From: a virus
Taxonomy: Duplodnaviria; Caudoviricetes
Length of the DNA stretch: 41,544 nucleotides
Direction: 5' to 3' (one strand)
Virus record (IMG/VR): IMGVR_UViG_3300037511_000230
Location: 1 to 41,544 of that record
Positions 34,794-41,544 of the stretch are shown here, one piece after another. The number at the start of each line of letters is the position of its first letter. The stretch's first letter is position 1. The notes below the pieces were generated by a model. That model was given only the letters and a program-made list of their open reading frames with translations. It had not been told where the DNA came from and made no database searches. Made by a program: the position numbers and the translations under genes.

Positions 34794-35683
34794 TCAGCAT
34801 CCGTACCCGCACCCGGGTTCCGCAGGCCGAGCTGGACCTCAAGGTCGGCAAGGTGCTCGGCCCCGACAGCTACAACGTGCTGCTCACCGGGCCGACCCGC
34901 GTCTACCGGCCGAACGGCGCGCTGCTGTGCGTCTACCTGCCGGGCGCGATGAAGGGATTCGTCACCCCGGAGCAGTACGACATCCTCCACGGCCTGCGGT
35001 CCATTCGCACCAACAACCGGGGCAACGCCTCCGGCTCTCAGGCCATGCACGTCGGCAACCAGAAGCGCCAGTACTGGATGCACGTCAGCTCCAACATCAT
35101 CGGCTCGTTCGACCCGGCGGGGAGCTACAAGTTCTGCCGCCTCACCTCCTGGACCGGGCAGAACCTCCCCGCCTGGCAGGCGCTCCAGCCCGCCCTTCAG
35201 CGGGTCGGTGAGCAGTTCGCCGAGCACGTGCCCGACAGGTACGAAGCCCAGATGGAGGAGATCCGTCTCACGCACCCGGACTGGGTCGTGCCCGGCACCC
35301 CGTTCACCACCGTCACAGTCAACAACACGTACCCGACCGGCATGCACCAGGACAAGGGTGACCTGGACAAGGGCTTCAGCACGATCTTCACCCTGCGCCG
35401 GGGCAGCTACACCGGCGGGGTGTTCATGTTCCCGGAGTTCCGCCTCGGGGTGGACCTGCAAGACGGCGACCTCATCCTCATGGACGCGCACCAGTGGCAC
35501 GCCAACTCGGCCATCACCTGCGCCTGCGACAAACGGATCACCCGGTACTGCGAGGAGTGCGGGGCCGAGCGGATCAGCGTGGTCAGCTACATGAGGACCA
35601 ACATGGTGCGCTGCGCGAGTGAGGCCGAGGAGATCAAAAGGGCCCAGAATCACCGCGAGAAGTTCAAGGGCGCGGGCCGTTAA
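34790..35683 (+). CDS. TET/JBP-family 2OG-Fe(II) dioxygenase (5-methylpyrimidine oxidase)
   Basis: FTTVTVN, HQDKGD (HxD), GGVFMFPE, GDLILMDAHQWHAN (distal His), ERISVVSYMR (2OG Arg). Confidence 0.88.
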   Translation: MISIRTRTRVPQAELDLKVGKVLGPDSYNVLLTGPTRVYRPNGALLCVYLPGAMKGFVTPEQYDILHGLRSIRTNNRGNASGSQAMHVGNQKRQYWMHVSSNIIGSFDPAGSYKFCRLTSWTGQNLPAWQALQPALQRVGEQFAEHVPDRYEAQMEEIRLTHPDWVVPGTPFTTVTVNNTYPTGMHQDKGDLDKGFSTIFTLRRGSYTGGVFMFPEFRLGVDLQDGDLILMDAHQWHANSAITCACDKRITRYCEECGAERISVVSYMRTNMVRCASEAEEIKRAQNHREKFKGAGR

Positions 35684-35704
35684 CGCTCACCGGAGGTAAC
35701 GATC

Positions 35705-36367
35705 ATGGCGGGTGGGGACTGGCGGGACAATGCCGAGCACGCGGTCGTAGAGGCCCGCAGGTGGAGGGCTGTAACGCTGCACAACCGAGGGCTCACACAC
35801 CGCATGGTCGCTGAGCAGATGATGGACGACTACCGCGCGACCAGCATGAACCCCGGGGCCCTGACCCTGGAGTCCGTGGCCAACATGGTCGGGGTGGATA
35901 TCCACCGCGCGCTCAAGTCGTACCGGCAGCGCACGGACACCGGCCTGGAGGAGAAGCTGACGGCGGCCACTCTCCGCCTCAACGAACTCCGCCGCCGCCT
36001 GTACGCCGTCATCGTGGCTGATCACTTCGTGCTGTACCAGGGAGAGATCGTCAAGGACGAGGAGGGCCGTCCGCTCAGGGACAACGCCCCCGTCCTCGCC
36101 GCCATCGGCCAGCTCCGCGCCCTGGAGGAGCAGCAGGCACGCCTGGAAGGCACCAACGCCCGGGAGAAGATCGACATCGCGCTGGAGCGCCGTGTCGAGT
36201 CCGAGGCCACGGACGTGGTGGAGGCGATCCTGGCCGGGTTCAGCGCCGTGCCCGAGCTGGAGCCCGCTGTCCGGCAGCGGGTGCTGGAGGCGGCCGGTGC
36301 ACACCTGCGCGCCCTGGAGCCCGGCCCCGGCGACGACGGGATCACGGACGCCGAGATCGTAGAGTAG
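35705..36367 (+). CDS. terminase small subunit-like HTH protein
   Basis: N-terminal HTH (RRWRAVTLHNRGLTHRMVAEQ), helical core, ARLEGTNA, C-terminal ITDAEIVE; upstream of terL. Confidence 0.6.
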   Translation: MAGGDWRDNAEHAVVEARRWRAVTLHNRGLTHRMVAEQMMDDYRATSMNPGALTLESVANMVGVDIHRALKSYRQRTDTGLEEKLTAATLRLNELRRRLYAVIVADHFVLYQGEIVKDEEGRPLRDNAPVLAAIGQLRALEEQQARLEGTNAREKIDIALERRVESEATDVVEAILAGFSAVPELEPAVRQRVLEAAGAHLRALEPGPGDDGITDAEIVE

Positions 36368-36397
36368 GGCCGAGGCGCGGACCAAGGGAGACAGATC

Positions 36398-36613
36398 ATG
36401 ACCGAGATACCCGGCTTCGACTTCACCGACATCAACACGACCGAGTCCGTGGAGGTGGAACCCTTCCGGGAGTTCGAGTTCGACCTCAAGACCAGCCGTC
36501 TGCGCGTGGCCGGGTACACCCCGGGGGAGGCGGCCGACCTGCTGGCGCTGTACCGGGCGCACCTGGAGGCCATGCAGCAGATCGCTCTCGCAGCACAGCG
36601 CGCAGGGCACTGA
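36398..36613 (+). CDS. hypothetical protein
   Basis: GACCAAGGGAGACAGATCATG start context. Confidence 0.7.
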   Translation: MTEIPGFDFTDINTTESVEVEPFREFEFDLKTSRLRVAGYTPGEAADLLALYRAHLEAMQQIALAAQRAGH

Positions 36614-36630
36614 CAGGCAGGTTTGGCCAG

Positions 36631-36647
36631 ACACCGGTTTAGGTAAA
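36631..36647 (+). promoter_or_regulatory. recurrent AT-rich intergenic motif ACACCGGTTTAGGTAAA
   Basis: Near-identical copy on the minus strand at 11767-11783; related copies at 9270-9286 and 16741-16757. Confidence 0.5.
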
Positions 36648-36785
36648 TACTCGCCAGAGTGACGGGACCGCAGGCGGCGATGACCTTGCGGATCAGTTGC
36701 CAGACGCCCTCGGGAGGGTGGTGGGTGTGGGTCCCCACCGGGGCCCCGAGGGCGTCCTCCAATTCCACCGTGACCAAGGACGCCC

Positions 36786-38700
<1,915 letters not shown>

Positions 38701-38737
38701 TCTGGCCCTGCTCACTCAGGCACTCCATCCAGGTGCC

Positions 38738-38772
38738 CGCGACCCCGGGGAAGTCCACGCCCCGGGGTCGCG
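38738..38772 (+). terminator. GC hairpin between the rpf-like gene and terL
   Basis: CGCGACCCCGGGG-9 nt-CCCCGGGGTCGCG 13-bp stem. Confidence 0.65.
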
Positions 38773-38800
38773 CCGTGTCCGGCCGTGGCACACTCACTGC

Positions 38801-40168
38801 ATGAGTGATCAGGTGCTGCGTCGGCGTAAGGCGGGAGACCGCCTGCTCATGCACGCGCGCACGCTCACCGAGCCCCGCTGGACCCCCCTGCCGCACCAGG
38901 TCCCGCCCCCCGGCGACTGGTACGGGTGGATGCTACTGGCGGGCCGAGGCGCGGGTAAGACCGACGCCTGTGCCCGCTACGTGCACGAGCACGTCAACGG
39001 TCCGGCCTGTATGCCCGGCCCCGTCCCCCACTGGGTCGGCATCATCGCCCCGACCCTGGGGGACGCGGCCACAGCGTGTTTCTCCGGGCCCTCGGGCCTG
39101 AGCGCTCACAGCCCCCAGGCCAAGATGGTCAACACCACCGGCGGCACGATCATCAAATGGCCCAACGGCTCCGTCGCCAAGCTCTTCGGTGCCCACACCC
39201 CCGAGGACGTCGAACGACTGCGGGCCGGTGGTAACCGGTGCCTGGCGTGGCTGGAGGAGATGGCCGCGTGGCGGTACCTCGACGCTGCCTGGGCGCAGAT
39301 GCGGTTCGGTCTGCGCTCCGGCCGCCGCCCGCACTGGATCGCCTCCACCACCCCCAAGCCCCGGCCGCTCATCAAGAAGATCGCCACCGGTGGCTACCGG
39401 AACGTGGTCAAGACCCACGCCTCCATGTACGACAACCCGCACATCCAGCCCGAGCTGCGTCAGGCCCTCGAAGAGGAGTACGCCAACACCGACCTCGGAC
39501 GGCAGGAGCTCTACGCCGAGATTCTCGACGAGGACTCGCAGGCGCTCTGGAACCGGGCCGCCCTGGAGGCCAGCCGCATCGCCGTCGGTACCGAGCTGCC
39601 GAAGCTGGCCCGTGTCTCTGTCGGGGTGGACCCGAGCGGCGGCGCCGGGGAGCAGGGCATCGTCGTCGTCGGCAAGTCCATGGTCGAGTACGAGCGGGAG
39701 AGCGGCCGGAAGTCCATGCTCGCGCACGGGTACGTCCTCGGAGACCGCACCGTCCACCTCAAGCCCGAGGGCTGGGGCGCGGCGGCGGTCAAGGCGGCCG
39801 TGGAGTTCGAGGCAGACGACATCGCCGTGGAGATCAACTACGGAGGGGAGATGGCCATTTCGACCATCCGGGCCGCCGCCGACAACATGGGCATCAGCAT
39901 CCCGATCAAGATGGTCCGGGCCACGAGGGGCAAGATGGTCCGCGCGCAGCCCGTGTCGGCCCTCACGTCGCAGAACCGCTGGCACATGGTGGGGGTCATG
40001 CCCGAGCTGGAGGACCAGCTCTGCACCTGGTACCCCGAGCTGGACTGGTCGCCCGACCGCCTTGACGCGATGGTCTGGCCAGCCTGGCACAACCGGATCG
40101 TCAAGCTCACCGCGACAACAACCGTCGGTGCCGGGGGAATGTCCTCCATGTCCCGGTCCATCGGCTGA
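38801..40168 (+). CDS. terL: terminase large subunit
   Basis: LAGRGAGKT Walker A, WLEEMA Walker B, STTPKP, VGVDPS RNase H-like Asp, SPDRLDAMVW. Confidence 0.92.
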   Translation: MSDQVLRRRKAGDRLLMHARTLTEPRWTPLPHQVPPPGDWYGWMLLAGRGAGKTDACARYVHEHVNGPACMPGPVPHWVGIIAPTLGDAATACFSGPSGLSAHSPQAKMVNTTGGTIIKWPNGSVAKLFGAHTPEDVERLRAGGNRCLAWLEEMAAWRYLDAAWAQMRFGLRSGRRPHWIASTTPKPRPLIKKIATGGYRNVVKTHASMYDNPHIQPELRQALEEEYANTDLGRQELYAEILDEDSQALWNRAALEASRIAVGTELPKLARVSVGVDPSGGAGEQGIVVVGKSMVEYERESGRKSMLAHGYVLGDRTVHLKPEGWGAAAVKAAVEFEADDIAVEINYGGEMAISTIRAAADNMGISIPIKMVRATRGKMVRAQPVSALTSQNRWHMVGVMPELEDQLCTWYPELDWSPDRLDAMVWPAWHNRIVKLTATTTVGAGGMSSMSRSIG

Positions 40169-40179
40169 TACTGGACCCC

Positions 40180-40359
40180 GTGGACATCCCCTCACTCACC
40201 GTCGTACTGCTCATCTTCCTGGCCGGGTTCGCACTGCACCGGCACCGCACCGTTCTCATCGCCGCCGTGGCTGCTCTCGTGCTCGGGGTCCTGCTCTCGG
40301 GCACGTGGCTCGGCGCGGTAGTGCATACTCTCGACCGAGTGTTCAGCTCAATCACCTGA
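40180..40359 (+). CDS. small membrane protein (59 aa)
   Basis: VDIPSLTVVLLIFLAGF..., two hydrophobic segments; absent from the ORF track. Confidence 0.55.
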   Translation: MDIPSLTVVLLIFLAGFALHRHRTVLIAAVAALVLGVLLSGTWLGAVVHTLDRVFSSIT

Positions 40360-40374
40360 GCCCCGGAGGGCCCC

Positions 40375-40740
40375 ATGGTAAAGATCTTCGGACGGGAACT
40401 GGCGGTCTGGCTCGCCACCATCGCGTCCGTCTTCCAGGTCGTCACGGCGTACGGCTTCGACGTGGACGGCAAGTTCCAGGGCATCGCCACGGCCATCGTC
40501 GTGTTCGTGTTCGCGGTGTACACGGCCTGGCGATCCCACGACGGCATCGTCGCCTTCGCCACGGGCGTGTTCCAGGCGGGGGTCGTGCTGTTCGCCGCGT
40601 TCGGTCTCCACATGTCCGCTCAGGACCAGGCCGTCTGGATCAACGGCATCACTGCCGCACTGTCGTTCTTCCTCATCCGGCCGAACGTGGGTGCACCTGT
40701 CGGCCCCGAGGTCAGTCCCCCGGGGAAGCTGGTCGTCTGA
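40375..40740 (+). CDS. four-TM membrane protein, holin-like
   Basis: KIFGRELAVWL start, four TM segments, GGAGG RBS. Confidence 0.6.
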   Translation: MVKIFGRELAVWLATIASVFQVVTAYGFDVDGKFQGIATAIVVFVFAVYTAWRSHDGIVAFATGVFQAGVVLFAAFGLHMSAQDQAVWINGITAALSFFLIRPNVGAPVGPEVSPPGKLVV

Positions 40741-40844
40741 CCCTGGAACCGAACCGTTGGCCGGAGCATCCTCGTCTGTGACGGGGCCCGGCCAACGACC
40801 ACCTCCAACCGGCTTAGCCGGGTCCCGCCCACAGAAGGCAGATC

Positions 40845-41072
40845 ATGGAAGTACTGCTCGTTCTCCTCGTGCTCATCGGTCTCGGCACGCTCGTGCTCGG
40901 GGTGGCGTTCTACGTCCGGCTCTGGAGCACCCTCGGGGTGCACCGCCGGGCCATGGAGACTCTCTACCTCCATCTCTCCGAACAGCGTGCTTTCCCGCCC
41001 GAGCCTCTCGGCCACGTCCCGCCCCAGTCCAGCCCGCACACCCGCTGGAACACCCAGGGAGACCAGTCTTGA
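40845..41072 (+). CDS. single-TM membrane protein
   Basis: N-terminal hydrophobic helix; GAAGG RBS. Confidence 0.6.
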   Translation: MEVLLVLLVLIGLGTLVLGVAFYVRLWSTLGVHRRAMETLYLHLSEQRAFPPEPLGHVPPQSSPHTRWNTQGDQS

Positions 41073-41506
41073 TCTGGTTCGTCTTCATGGTCATGTGCCT
41101 GGGGGCGTACCGGCTCACGCGCTTGATCGTCAAGGACACGTTCCCGCCCGTGCTGTGGCTGCGGGACCGGCTGGCCGGGGGATACCGGCAGCCGACCCGA
41201 GCCGAGATGTACCACCCCGCGTACCCCGTCGGGGAGCTGGAACCGCACACGAGCCGGATGGTCCCGGGCATGCGGGGGCTCTGGTCCCTGGACAAGAGCG
41301 GCCAGATCCAGGTCTGGCGCGCGCACTGGAGGTACTCACCCCACTGGCTGGCCGAGCTGATCACATGCCCGTGGTGCGCGTCGGCGTACGTGTCCGGCGC
41401 GCTCACGGCGGCCGTGGATGTCCTGTACGGCGTGCCGGTGCCGTGGCTGGTGGGTCCGGCCGTGTGGGCCGTGTCCGCTCTTCTCGCGAGCAGGGAGTGG
41501 GCCTGA
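41069..41506 (+). CDS. DUF1360-like membrane protein
   Basis: AYRLTRLIVKDTFPP...LRDR and ELITCPWCASAY; TTGA coupling. Confidence 0.75.
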   Translation: MIWFVFMVMCLGAYRLTRLIVKDTFPPVLWLRDRLAGGYRQPTRAEMYHPAYPVGELEPHTSRMVPGMRGLWSLDKSGQIQVWRAHWRYSPHWLAELITCPWCASAYVSGALTAAVDVLYGVPVPWLVGPAVWAVSALLASREWA

Positions 41507-41544
41507 TGAACGACTTCACCGCGTTCGTGCTCGGGGCAGTTGGT

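Overview
High-GC actinobacteriophage or phage-plasmid segment. The host is most likely Streptomyces, judged from codon use and from TraB/TraA/Spd- and Rpf-like genes. Two divergent arms are transcribed away from a small intergenic switch at about 23420-23526. The leftward arm encodes, in order: a ParB-like domain, an SF2 helicase, a PD-(D/E)XK exonuclease with a nested overprinted gene, an SSB-like protein, a counter-oriented RuvC, a second ParB-like protein and a secreted GH16-like enzyme. It then carries a glycosylation cluster (three GT2s, a methyltransferase and an NDP-sugar epimerase) interrupted by a Streptomyces-type conjugation module (Spd-like membrane proteins, TraA, TraB and a clt-like repeat), followed by WYL and HU proteins. 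The rightward arm encodes an Xis-like HTH, a nuclease and a single 1461-aa primase-helicase-exonuclease-DNA polymerase A fusion. After these come a thymine-hypermodification cluster (ParB, amino acid:DNA transferase, PLP enzyme, P-loop kinase, TET/JBP dioxygenase), a TerS-like gene, a triple-LuxR regulator, a secreted Rpf-NlpC/P60-LysM hydrolase, TerL and membrane/holin-like genes. Three non-genic signals stand out: a very dense GGACA/TGTCC motif field written through the coding sequences of the transfer module, a ~250-bp element present twice in inverted orientation 20 kb apart (60 bp identical), and iteron-like repeats inside the replicase linker. No integrase, tRNA or CRISPR array was seen. 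All family calls come from motif recognition by eye; no database searches were run.
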